The position numbers were made by a program, and so were the translations under genes. Shown one piece after another: positions 8,501-19,460 of a stretch of DNA of 58,762 nucleotides. This DNA is from an uncultured Gammaproteobacteria bacterium (lineage in GTDB: Bacteria; Patescibacteriota; Microgenomatia; UBA8517), in NCBI GenBank assembly GCA_964587425.1, contig CAZPLB010000003.1, positions 1-58,762 of the forward strand, given 5' to 3'. Position 1 is the stretch's first letter, and the number at the start of each line of letters is the position of its first letter. The notes under the pieces are model-generated. The model worked only from the letters and a program-made list of their open reading frames with translations, was not told where the DNA came from and searched no databases.

Positions 8501-10906
8501 GCCAGATGTTGGATTAAAGGTGGTTGGAGCCTGAATTACTTGTTGTTCACCACTAGTTACAGTTACAGTGCTTGGACTTCCACTCGCCCCACCAACGTCC
8601 AACATAATTCCATTTGCAGTAGCGGCACCGTTCACAGTTCCCTTAGTGCCATATATATTTGTATTACCGGCACCATTGCTAGTAAGAAAAATTGATCCGT
8701 TGCCGGGAGAAACTACTCCATCAGTGCTCCCAATCACTATATTGCCAGCCGTTGTCAAGATTCCTGTCGTACTAATTGAAGCCACATTTGATGTGTTGTG
8801 CCCATAGACCATGAAGGGGTTACTGCTTGTTGGAACAGAACTCCCTGCAGTTCCGTCATATCCAAGCGTTAAATCTCCCTCTGCATCAATTGAGGCCCTC
8901 TCTTCACCAGCTTGCCCAACACCAAGCATTTGTTCATCTGCAGAAGGTGTAGTTACATTTATTCGTATTGATGACTCAGCAAATGTAGTGTCCGCTGGGT
9001 TGTAAGTTGCAAGAATTTGCCCAGAGGAGGTGACACCAGAGTCTATGTTCAAGTTCGCCGCATAGATATTATTAAATTTCTTTGAAGCGCTTCCCAGGTC
9101 GCTTCCCAAGCTTACATCGGGAAGAAAAGATGAGCCAGAGCCAACAATCACATTTCCTGCAAAATAATTTTTTGAAGTTGCCCCAGCAGAATATATGTTG
9201 TAACTATTGCTTGATCCAACTGCACTTTGATCCTCAACATACAATCCGTAATTATTTGTAAAAGTTCCTCCTCCTGCATTTATAGCGGAGGGTATAAATA
9301 TACTGTAGCCAGTTGTGATTGCTCCTGATGAATAATTATATAAAGCAGACTCCAAACCCTTTGCTGTCCCCGTTGACGCAGTTGAGCCATTAAATACTGA
9401 AAAAAGCCCTCCTCGACCAAGTGTTACTGTACCGGATCCTTGATTGGCAGCTTGACCAACCACCCCATCTGATTCGCTAACTGTGCCTGATGAAGAGTTC
9501 TGTGAATACCCAGTTGTGGCTACTGAAAAAATCATATTTCCACTCCCTTGATGATTTACTAAAGAATAGATACCTTGCATGAAAGGTATGTTTTGGGAAT
9601 TTCCTGAACGACTTACAACTTCGTTGTCTATGCCATAAATAGAGGAGTCAACAGTTCCTGAAGGGTTAATATCAAGATAGTTTGCAACACCCAGTAAATA
9701 ATCATTACTATAGTCAGTTGGAGTTTCCTCAAGTGTTAGTGTATTACTTGTTGTAGAGCCAGAATTTAGTAAATTTATATCATCCACTGCTGCCGCATTT
9801 CCAAAAGCAACGTGTCCAGTCGTTGTAACAGAGTCTCCAGCATTAGTAGGGGATAAATTTGTCCCAGACCGTGTCCAAAATCCAACACTTCCAGAGCCGC
9901 TTGTATCTAACCAGGTTAAGTTCCCAGCTCCATCATTCGTAAGAGAAGAATTGGCAGCTCCTTGTGTATCAGGAAATGCATACGTAACTCCGTTAATTTC
10001 AGTTATGTTTCCAAAAGTTGCATTTCCTGAAACACTCAAAGCCCCTGAATCAGTAAGTGAAGAAACAGTTGTTGCCCCGGCAGTTGTTGTTCCAAGTGTA
10101 GTAGTACCTGATACTTTGAAATCTCCACTAGCAGTTAGTGTTCCTGCAAAGGTGCCAGTTCCAGAACCAGTGAACGCCCCTGATACATTTTGACTCCCTT
10201 TGACAACCAAATTATTATTAATGGTTGTTGTACCAGTAGCAGCTCCTACGCTTAAGGTAGTTGCAGCTCCTCCAATATTTAAAGTTGTTACACCAGTATT
10301 AACTAGGTTAAATGTAGTTTGATTCGTTGTGATATCTCCACCATTCACTGCCAAGTCACCTGGAAGAGTGAGTCCATCGGCTAAATTAAGATTACCTCGT
10401 ACAACTAAATCATTAACAGTTGTGGTTTGGCCGTTTACAGTCACATCCTTTGCGAACTGAACAATTTCTTTGAATATGGCAGGCACATTAATGTTGAACG
10501 TTGGGTTCAAATTTGTAGTCTGTGCCGCTAAAACCTTTGCAATGTTCTCTTTTGTCATACTTTGTATCTTTGAAGTAGTTTCTCCCTTCAAAACTATTCC
10601 TCCTGTGATAAGAAAGAAAAGAAGACCAAATGAATATCCTATAACCTTCTTTTGATCCACATGCATCCGCTTGTAGAGAAAAGCTCCATCCTGAGGCTGT
10701 AGCATGGAGCTCACCCTCTTCTTTGGATCCTGAGACCTTCTAGCCATTTTCTCAATAACTACGCTGTCGTACCTGCGGTGCCCACCCGCAGTCCGAATTG
10801 AGGAGATTAAGCCACTCTTTTCCCAGCGACGGAGAGTCTTCTCGGAAACAGATAATTTCCTTGCAGCTTCCTGTATTGTAATTAGATCGGGCAGTGTAGG
10901 ATTCAT
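5522..10906 (-). CDS. Giant membrane-anchored fibre-like protein: MerR/excisionase-type HTH, single TM, long G/T/S/N-rich beta repeats, peptidase-G2-like intramolecular chaperone domain, coiled coil, C-terminal beta domain
   Basis: LPDLITIQEAARKLSVSEKTLRRWEKSG..GGHRRY; TM VIGYSFGLLFFLITGGIVL; tail-fibre-like GNVGIGTTTP motifs; ADYAEQY..GIVS..VALNGRVPVKV..GDFVTTS..GKALE. Start moved from 10969 to ATG 10906, downstream of a predicted promoter. Confidence 0.8.
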   Translation of the reverse strand: MNPTLPDLITIQEAARKLSVSEKTLRRWEKSGLISSIRTAGGHRRYDSVVIEKMARRSQDPKKRVSSMLQPQDGAFLYKRMHVDQKKVIGYSFGLLFFLITGGIVLKGETTSKIQSMTKENIAKVLAAQTTNLNPTFNINVPAIFKEIVQFAKDVTVNGQTTTVNDLVVRGNLNLADGLTLPGDLAVNGGDITTNQTTFNLVNTGVTTLNIGGAATTLSVGAATGTTTINNNLVVKGSQNVSGAFTGSGTGTFAGTLTASGDFKVSGTTTLGTTTAGATTVSSLTDSGALSVSGNATFGNITEINGVTYAFPDTQGAANSSLTNDGAGNLTWLDTSGSGSVGFWTRSGTNLSPTNAGDSVTTTGHVAFGNAAAVDDINLLNSGSTTSNTLTLEETPTDYSNDYLLGVANYLDINPSGTVDSSIYGIDNEVVSRSGNSQNIPFMQGIYSLVNHQGSGNMIFSVATTGYSQNSSSGTVSESDGVVGQAANQGSGTVTLGRGGLFSVFNGSTASTGTAKGLESALYNYSSGAITTGYSIFIPSAINAGGGTFTNNYGLYVEDQSAVGSSNSYNIYSAGATSKNYFAGNVIVGSGSSFLPDVSLGSDLGSASKKFNNIYAANLNIDSGVTSSGQILATYNPADTTFAESSIRINVTTPSADEQMLGVGQAGEERASIDAEGDLTLGYDGTAGSSVPTSSNPFMVYGHNTSNVASISTTGILTTAGNIVIGSTDGVVSPGNGSIFLTSNGAGNTNIYGTKGTVNGAATANGIMLDVGGASGSPSTVTVTSGEQQVIQAPTTFNPTSGTGIFDLLTLKPIINQTGGANGISRGLYINPTLTAATDFRAVEIANNANYAIYQSGASATNYFAGNVAIATTSATQKLTVQDGTILSNHTLTNNYTLNGVLGGNRIFTNSSLGDAPILGVSMYNGAGTSPLAIKTNPLGVAFGDVGVVGAGLSTHGGGVNATGIYGYSIMDAGSAASSSTNNVVGGIFLTELGSTTTSFGGSMYGVYAKSTSAGAGSSAGSIYGSYNQAVGKSGDTTYGGYFTAASGTTNYGVYSNAGTNYFNGSTGIGDTTPDATLDIDFTGTTTNAFGITADSLTSGKAAFVTTAATAFTGNLVDITSTGGNAANTGTLLHVQSAATDAETTAMITNLGTGRSFRVNDETSDSDTTPFVIDASGNVGIGTTTPNTTWKLSTIDGNIGLVRDDTNIATVQSYWGSSTVYGLNVLANASSSDSFPNGYGVRLGHGFSVTPTSGTVDIVQAFSNSFSPTSGTAVMDLFGIRGTINQTGGASGITRGIYVTPTLTAAADFRGIEIADVTGHKAIYTNAGNVILNAGNAAATQFAFGTTSPVGKFHVTGAMVGKALGIFDETGDQDVFTASTSGTTRFRIANAGGTFLDLPGTGTGNALCHTTAGGVDNEEIVDCTSAPAADYAEQYPVEDGVSYGDIVAVGSQNVVTKDGKTIKKLVKSTSTYQTNIVGIVSNNYGDFTSAGYNINTSDNPMPVALNGRVPVKVSPTSQAINPGDFVTTSSDSGRAMKATQSGYVIGKALEAWTPNTNQDTVMVFVNNTYYIGDLSADGSLNGTSTDGGTLSQQPSQSTQIDGVDTQTQEKIASLSAEINNIKDRLSSLETANLTATSSAVLGIATDSATLSNLNVLGNTILGDTVVNGKLNIGTLSFDNANSSIDSIGKLKIQSLALDTIEFQNDSIEMDKNGNFNIKKGVIIGNDNIRGSEMVHTGNNEIQINKAWTTVPVSITANANWDSYVWVDNITKDGFTIHLKNSPTTDSQVMWNAIW

Positions 10907-10958
10907 GGGCTTCTTAAACTTGGACAACAGGCGTAAATTTGTCCAACTTTGACTACTT

Positions 10959-11019
10959 AATTTACGCATTTCGGCAGAATACTGTCAATAGCCTATTGAC
11001 TTTAAATTGAGGCTAAACT
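10959..11019. promoter_or_regulatory. Divergent promoter region with dyad GTCAATAG-C-CTATTGAC (10984-11000)
   Basis: Minus strand TTGACA(10988-10983)-18 nt-TAAAAT; plus strand TTGACT and TAAACT; perfect 8-bp inverted repeat containing both -35-like hexamers. Confidence 0.6.
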
Positions 11020-11029
11020 AGTGTTACTT

Positions 11030-11803
11030 ATGCTGCCCAAGGTATTTTTACTATATATAGCGCTCGTTTTAGTCTCTTTTCTGCGACCCACAGGGGTTTT
11101 AGCCCAGACTGAGCTCACAGGCCTTGCCGTATCAACACCAATATCTGAAACAGAGGCCAAAAACGGAGATTTAATATGCTCAGAAAAGGATCTTTACATT
11201 CTTTGTAAAACTGAATACGCACCCTCTATTTATGGGGTAATTAACGAAAACCCATCGGCAGCAATGGCCACAGACACTCAAGGCTTTCATCCTGTAGTAA
11301 CAACAGCAACTGCAAAGGTAAATGTCTCCTCCAAAAACGGCAACATAGCTCTAGGAGATTTTATAACAACTTCAACTACTCCAGGTGTTGGGCAGAAGGC
11401 AACCAGAAATGGCTTTGTAGTTGGGTTAGCGCTTGAAAATTATGAATCAAATGACCCAAACGCAAGTGGAGCCATATTTGTAGCCATAAATCCTCGCGCA
11501 ACAATCGAAATAGTGGAAAGTAAGAGCACAAATCTCTTGGACTTAATCCGTGAAGGTCTAAGTGCACCAGTTCTAACGCCCCTTGCAACAATTAGATACC
11601 TTAGTGCTGCCTTGGTAGTGATTGTTGCACTAGTTATCGGACTGATATACTTTGGTAGGGTTGCAAAGGCAGGGGTTGAGGCAATTGGTAGAAATCCACT
11701 TTCAAGTAGAGTGATACAGTCTGGTGTATTTTTACATGTATTCCTGACAATTGTAGTTGTAGGAGTAGGGCTTGCCATAGCATACTTAATCTTAACTCTT
11801 TAA
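11030..11803 (+). CDS. Membrane protein: signal peptide, IMC/peptidase-G2-like outer domain, C-terminal ATP synthase subunit-c-like hairpin without the carboxylate
   Basis: GDFITTSTTPGVGQKAT..GFVVGLALE resembles the neighbour's IMC domain; YLSAALVV..GVEAIGRNP..LAIAYLIL aligns to AtpE [17 protein letters not shown]; ORF also has GTG 11021. Confidence 0.65.
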   Translation: MLPKVFLLYIALVLVSFLRPTGVLAQTELTGLAVSTPISETEAKNGDLICSEKDLYILCKTEYAPSIYGVINENPSAAMATDTQGFHPVVTTATAKVNVSSKNGNIALGDFITTSTTPGVGQKATRNGFVVGLALENYESNDPNASGAIFVAINPRATIEIVESKSTNLLDLIREGLSAPVLTPLATIRYLSAALVVIVALVIGLIYFGRVAKAGVEAIGRNPLSSRVIQSGVFLHVFLTIVVVGVGLAIAYLILTL

Positions 11804-11809
11804 TTAAAT

Positions 11810-13489
11810 ATGTTTAATCTTTTCAACAAAAAATTAGTTCCAGGAAAAATTAAACCAATGGTATTAATAATTCTTGATGGTTGGGGTGTAGCCGCCCCTG
11901 GACTTAGTAATGCCATAACCCAAGCAAAACCAATCTTTTTCAACAAACTTCTCTCTCAGTATCCAAATGGCCAGCTCCTCGCTGCCGGTGAATCAGTTGG
12001 TCTCCCTGCAGGTGAAGTGGGTAATACTGAGGTAGGACACTTAAATCTTGGGGCTGGGAGAGTTATTTTGCAGGATCTTGTACGAATAGATAAATCAATT
12101 GAATATGATACATTTTTTGACAATGATGCAATTTTGAAAGCAATTGATCATGCTCGCTCAAATAATTCAAACCTGCACATAATGGGTCTTGTGGGGAGAG
12201 CTGGAGTTCACTCCTCACTAAACCATTTGTACGCAATCCTAGAAGCCTGTAAAAGAAAAAGATTGCAAAATGTATATATTCATGCATTCACGGATGGCCG
12301 TGATTCACCGCCCCAAGATTCAATAGACCTGATAAAAGAAGTCGAAGCAAAGATAAGTGTGTTGGGAGTAGGAAAAATTGCAAGTATAAGTGGGCGCTAC
12401 TGGGCAATGGATAGAGACTTTCACTGGGAACGAACAAAGGTAGTTTATGATGCATTAGTTAATGGTTTGACAGATTTTGTAGGGGAATCTACAGGAGAAT
12501 TAGTTAATGCAGCGTACAAGAGAGGAGAAACTGATGAATTCATAAAGCCCTCACTAATTACAATTAACAATAAAAAAAATACAATCTTAGATAATGATGC
12601 CTGTATTTTTTTTAACTACAGAATTGATAGACCAAGAGAGTTAACCATGGCAATGACTATTCCAAATTTTGAAGCACTCAAATCATTTGAATTTGGAAAA
12701 GATCCAGAAAAAGGAGGGAGAACAAGTGGAAGCATAAAATTTGATGCAACTTTCCAAAGAAGAAAAATTTTGAAAAACTTGTTTTTTGGAACCCTAACCC
12801 AATATGACCCAAGTATTCCAGTTAGTGCCATAGCCTTCCCTCCCGAAAAAGTAACAAATCCACTATCTAAGGTTTTGTCTTCGGCTGGAATTGCACAGCT
12901 CCATATGGCAGAAAGCGAGAAAGAACGTTTTGTGACTTACTATTTTGATGGACAAATTGAATCAGCGGTAGAAGGCGAAGAATTTCTGATCACTCCTTCT
13001 CCAAAAGTTGCAACCTACGACCTAAAACCAGAAATGTCCCTTCCCACTCAGGCTAGTGAATTTAAAAACCAACTTGCAAAAGATAAATATGCATTTTTTG
13101 TTATAAACATTGCAAATCCAGACATGGTTGCTCATTCCGGAAACATGAAGGCAACTATTAAGGCAATTGGAATAGTCGACAAATATCTTGAAGAGATGGT
13201 AACAAACATACTTTTAGTTGGTGGAACGGCGTTTATAACAGCAGACCACGGAAACGCTGAAGAACTTTTAAGCTATCAAGGAGAATCTTTTTACTTTACG
13301 ACATCAGTCGGAAAAGAAAACACAGAACATTCCAAAAGCCCTGTTCCAATAATAATTGTGAGCCAGAGCCTTTCTGGAAAACCACGTATGCTGCCGCGGG
13401 GTGCGCTAAAAGATGTTGCACCCACAATTTTAAAATTAATGGGAATACCAAAACCAGCTGAAATGTCTGGTATTAACTTGCTAGAATAA
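11810..13489 (+). CDS. gpmI: 2,3-bisphosphoglycerate-independent phosphoglycerate mutase
   Basis: ILDGWG, GNTEVGHLN, HAFTDGRD, GRYWAMDRD, NPDMVAHSG, TADHGN, TEHS motifs. Confidence 0.95.
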   Translation: MFNLFNKKLVPGKIKPMVLIILDGWGVAAPGLSNAITQAKPIFFNKLLSQYPNGQLLAAGESVGLPAGEVGNTEVGHLNLGAGRVILQDLVRIDKSIEYDTFFDNDAILKAIDHARSNNSNLHIMGLVGRAGVHSSLNHLYAILEACKRKRLQNVYIHAFTDGRDSPPQDSIDLIKEVEAKISVLGVGKIASISGRYWAMDRDFHWERTKVVYDALVNGLTDFVGESTGELVNAAYKRGETDEFIKPSLITINNKKNTILDNDACIFFNYRIDRPRELTMAMTIPNFEALKSFEFGKDPEKGGRTSGSIKFDATFQRRKILKNLFFGTLTQYDPSIPVSAIAFPPEKVTNPLSKVLSSAGIAQLHMAESEKERFVTYYFDGQIESAVEGEEFLITPSPKVATYDLKPEMSLPTQASEFKNQLAKDKYAFFVINIANPDMVAHSGNMKATIKAIGIVDKYLEEMVTNILLVGGTAFITADHGNAEELLSYQGESFYFTTSVGKENTEHSKSPVPIIIVSQSLSGKPRMLPRGALKDVAPTILKLMGIPKPAEMSGINLLE

Positions 13490-13493
13490 TAAT

Positions 13494-13940
13494 ATGAATA
13501 TTTTTGACAAACCGAAAGAAAAAAACCCTGACTTAATCTTGAAGCGAGCAAGGCGTAGTGCTCGAAAAATTGTAGAAGAAGCAAATTTAAAGGCAGGCAA
13601 AATTATCGAGGAAGCAGAAATCTTTACCCTTGAAGCAAGGCAGTATGCAGATAGAGCTCTCATAGAGGCAGCTGGAAAGGCTGCTGAAAAAATGGCAGAA
13701 GAATTGAAAAAAGAATTTAGTGTAAGAGAAACTGGTCTAGAAAAAGCAATAGGAGCAGAATATGAAAACGCAAAAAAAGAAATAGAAGAATACAAACTCC
13801 AAAAAATGAAGGAAATTGAGAGCAAAGTAAGAGAGGTGATAAGACAAGTTGTTGAAGAATTTTTTACAGAAGCTATTGACACAAAACAGCAGGAAGAAGC
13901 CCTCTTGAAAGCCCTTGAAAATGCAAAACATCTACTCTGA
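13494..13940 (+). CDS. atpF: ATP synthase subunit b-like coiled-coil protein lacking the N-terminal TM helix
   Basis: A/E/K-rich helical sequence (ARKIVEEANLKAGKIIEEA) directly before the delta/alpha genes; in-frame TAG at 13482 excludes an upstream TM extension. Confidence 0.55.
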   Translation: MNIFDKPKEKNPDLILKRARRSARKIVEEANLKAGKIIEEAEIFTLEARQYADRALIEAAGKAAEKMAEELKKEFSVRETGLEKAIGAEYENAKKEIEEYKLQKMKEIESKVREVIRQVVEEFFTEAIDTKQQEEALLKALENAKHLL

Positions 13941-14340
13941 AATTCTAACAAATGTAAAAACTGTCAATGAGGCAGAAAATTTAGTATCTGATATGGAAAG
14001 CTATATATCAAATAGTTTCAGACTAGATACCAGTAACGAGATGAGATGGGCAACATTTAATCTCATCAAAAGATATACCGGTGGTGACAAAACAGATCAG
14101 GAATTTTTGAAAGGACTAATAGAAGCACTTCATAAAGCGCCCATTGTCAAAATTGAAGTTGCTTTTGAACCGAAAGTTAGAACCATTGATTTGCTAAGCA
14201 AATGGGCAAAAACAAAAGTTGGAAATGATACTTTAATTGAAATAAAAAAAATTCCAGAGCTATTGCTGGGGGCAACTGTCAGTTTTAATGGAAAATATGA
14301 CGACTTAACACTCTTGAAATTTTTAAATGAAAAACTTTGA
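13921..14340 (+). CDS. atpH: ATP synthase delta-like subunit
   Basis: C-terminal OSCP-like pattern VKIEVAF..IEIKKIPELLLGATVSFNGKYDDLT; position before atpA. Confidence 0.65.
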   Translation: MQNIYSEILTNVKTVNEAENLVSDMESYISNSFRLDTSNEMRWATFNLIKRYTGGDKTDQEFLKGLIEALHKAPIVKIEVAFEPKVRTIDLLSKWAKTKVGNDTLIEIKKIPELLLGATVSFNGKYDDLTLLKFLNEKL

Positions 14341-15747
14341 CACCTACCTCAAGGATACCGCAGAAATTGGCTATGTAACAAAAATAGCCAAATGTCTTCT
14401 TTCAGCATCTGGTCTCCCTGGAGCCCACGTTGGAGAGTTAGTTGTTTTTGAAAATGGAGAGATGGGACAAGTTTTAAAAATTGATAAAGATGAAATCGAA
14501 ATTTTAACTCTTTCACATACAAATATAGCTGGAGGTGCAAAAGTAGCAAGAACAAACGAATTTTTAAATATCCATTGTTCAGAAAGTATTTTAGGTAAAA
14601 ACATAGATCCACTAGGACAACTTCTTGACGGTGCTGAAAGTACGACAGGTGGAGAAGATAGATTAATCGACTCAGCCCCCCCTGGAGTATTAGAAAGAAA
14701 AATGGTAACAGAGCCTCTTGAGACCGGTGTTCCTCTTGTTGATCTAGTTGTCCCTCTCGCCAAAGGACAAAGGGAATTGGTATTGGGTGACAAAAAAACT
14801 GGAAAGACAAGCTTTCTTTTGCGCGCCATCTTTACCCAGGCCAACCAGGGTACCATCTGTATTTATGCAGCTATTGCCAAAAAAGAAATTGAAACAGCAA
14901 AGATAGAAGAATTTTTAATGAAAAGTGGTATTCGCGACAAAGTAATCATGGTAACAACTCATGCAGCAAGCCCAGAAGGCCTCATCATAATTACTCCATA
15001 TACTGCAATGACAATTGCAGAATACTTTAAGGATCAAGGCAAAGATGTTCTTTTAATCTTGGATGATATGAGCTCGCATGCCAAGTTCTACAGAGAAGTT
15101 TCTCTCCTTGGGAGACGTTTCCCAGGCAGAAATTCATACCCGGGCGATATTTTCCATCTTCATGCAAAAATTCTTGAGCGGGCCGGTAGATTTCCAAAGG
15201 GATCAATAACCTGTCTTGCAGTTGGTGAAACTGTTTTCGGAGATCTCTCTGGCTATATGCAAACAAATTTAATGTCCATGACCGATGGACACATTTACTT
15301 TGACTCTGACTATGCAAACCTAGGAAGGCATCCTGCCATAAACCCATTTCTCTCTGTCACAAGAATTGGCCACCAGGCTCAAAGCCAATTGGTAAGAAGC
15401 ATTGCAAGCGAGCTTGCAAAATTTCTTCTTCACATTGAAATGTTAAGAGATGTAATGCACTTTGGAGCAGAGCTTTCAGAAAAAACAATTGACGAGCTTG
15501 ATTTAGGAGAGCGAATACTTGCTTTTTTTGATCTGCCGGAAGGCTTAGTCCTTCCCCAAACGCTTGCAATTTTTTGTTTGACAACAGTATGGCTCGGCCT
15601 GGGTAAGTCCAAAGAAAGAGGTTTTGTGAAGGAAAAAACAAAAGAATTCTTTCAAAAATACCAAGCTGACGCGGGATTTAGAAAGGAAGTAGATGAATTG
15701 CCAGTCAAATATACAGATTTTAAAGATTTAATGAGAGGAGTACGCCC

Positions 15748-15766
<19 letters not shown>
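14327..15766 (+). CDS. atpA: F1-type ATPase alpha subunit (divergent)
   Basis: Walker A GDKKTGKT, PYTAMTIAEYF, PGRNSYPGDIF, TDGHIY, LSVTRIG arginine finger. Confidence 0.93.
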
Positions 15767-18240
<2,474 letters not shown>

Positions 18241-18245
18241 TCAAA

Positions 18246-19406
18246 TTACTTCAAGTTAAGCGTATATAAATTAGAAACTACATCCTTAGCCCCAAGATTT
18301 GTAAGTATAAATATTCGAGCCAAGGACAAAGATGGGAACGCACTCATTGGAATATAGCTTCCAGCATATATTGTCTGCCTGTTTGTGTTGTCATAATCAC
18401 AAATCTGCACTTTATCTTTCTTTGGAAGAAGTAGATTCTTCGAGTTTGGATACCAATAAATTACTCCATCCGTCTCAGTAATCTCAAAATTCCTGTCCTC
18501 TTTAATATCATACACATAGAAAAGATCTTTCTTAATGTTTCTTGACTCAGTCTGTGTTGAGGAGCCAGGCAATTGTTTAACTACCTCACTGGGAAGTGTT
18601 GCATCTTTTGTTCCTTGATATAAAATTTTTGTTTCATCTGGAGAAAAAACAATATTTTTAGTATTGTTTGTAATGATCTGAGCAATCCTGTCATCAACTC
18701 TTGAAAGCAAAGATTGCACTCTTTTTTGTTCTACTGTGTTCCACTCTGTTTGGGTTTTTACTAGTGTTGGCTTTATATTTACCAGGTTTGCCTGAGCTGT
18801 AAACGTATCTGCCCTCAAAATAAATGCACCAGTTTTATTGGAAAGAAGAATATTTACCCCATCAGGAGACCACTGCCAATCAAAATCCTTGAGATCACCG
18901 TCAGTAATGCGAGTTGCAGGTCTACTGAATCCAAGAGGGAGATCCACAGTTTCTGCAATCCAGAGTCCAGCAGTCGTTGGATTGTCTTTTGTGAGAGGAA
19001 CTGCATAGGCTATTTTTGAATAACTCGGAGATATTTTAGGGTTCAAAGCTCCGTTTATAGTCAAAGGAGAAAGAGAAGAGGCAAGTGGAAAGAGAGCTGC
19101 ATCAATTTGGGTAACTATTTCCCTCTCTACTCGAATTTTCTTTGTCCAAGTCGAATACCCTGCCTTCTTGATTTCTACATTGTATTCGTGAGGGGACAGT
19201 GATAAGTTTGTATTAGTTGCAGCCTTCAGCTCTCCATCAACATAGATCTGAGCTCCAGTTGGATCAGAATTAACAACCATCAAGCCTCCATCCACAAGTT
19301 TATTCTGATTGAGTCTGAAGCCTTTAGCATAAAGGGCAAGTATTGTCCCAGCAGTCCCTACAATGACTAGTGTAAGTAAAAAAATGACAATTCTAAGTTT
19401 GGTCAT
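18246..19406 (-). CDS. PEGA-domain membrane-anchored protein with TolB-like propeller segments
   Basis: N-terminal TM; VVNSDPTGAQIYVDG..YNVEIKKAGY (PEGA); WSPDG and FSPDETKI repeats. Confidence 0.85.
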   Translation of the reverse strand: MTKLRIVIFLLTLVIVGTAGTILALYAKGFRLNQNKLVDGGLMVVNSDPTGAQIYVDGELKAATNTNLSLSPHEYNVEIKKAGYSTWTKKIRVEREIVTQIDAALFPLASSLSPLTINGALNPKISPSYSKIAYAVPLTKDNPTTAGLWIAETVDLPLGFSRPATRITDGDLKDFDWQWSPDGVNILLSNKTGAFILRADTFTAQANLVNIKPTLVKTQTEWNTVEQKRVQSLLSRVDDRIAQIITNNTKNIVFSPDETKILYQGTKDATLPSEVVKQLPGSSTQTESRNIKKDLFYVYDIKEDRNFEITETDGVIYWYPNSKNLLLPKKDKVQICDYDNTNRQTIYAGSYIPMSAFPSLSLARIFILTNLGAKDVVSNLYTLNLK

Positions 19407-19413
19407 AACACCT

Positions 19414-19453
19414 TAATTATACTACATCCTGAAGTCTCGCCGTAGTATAATTA
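19414..19453. promoter_or_regulatory. Symmetric bidirectional promoter between the PEGA gene and mreB
   Basis: Perfect 12-bp inverted repeat TAATTATACTAC-16 nt-GTAGTATAATTA; each arm has a TATAAT facing outward. Confidence 0.65.
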
Positions 19454-19460
19454 CCAACAC

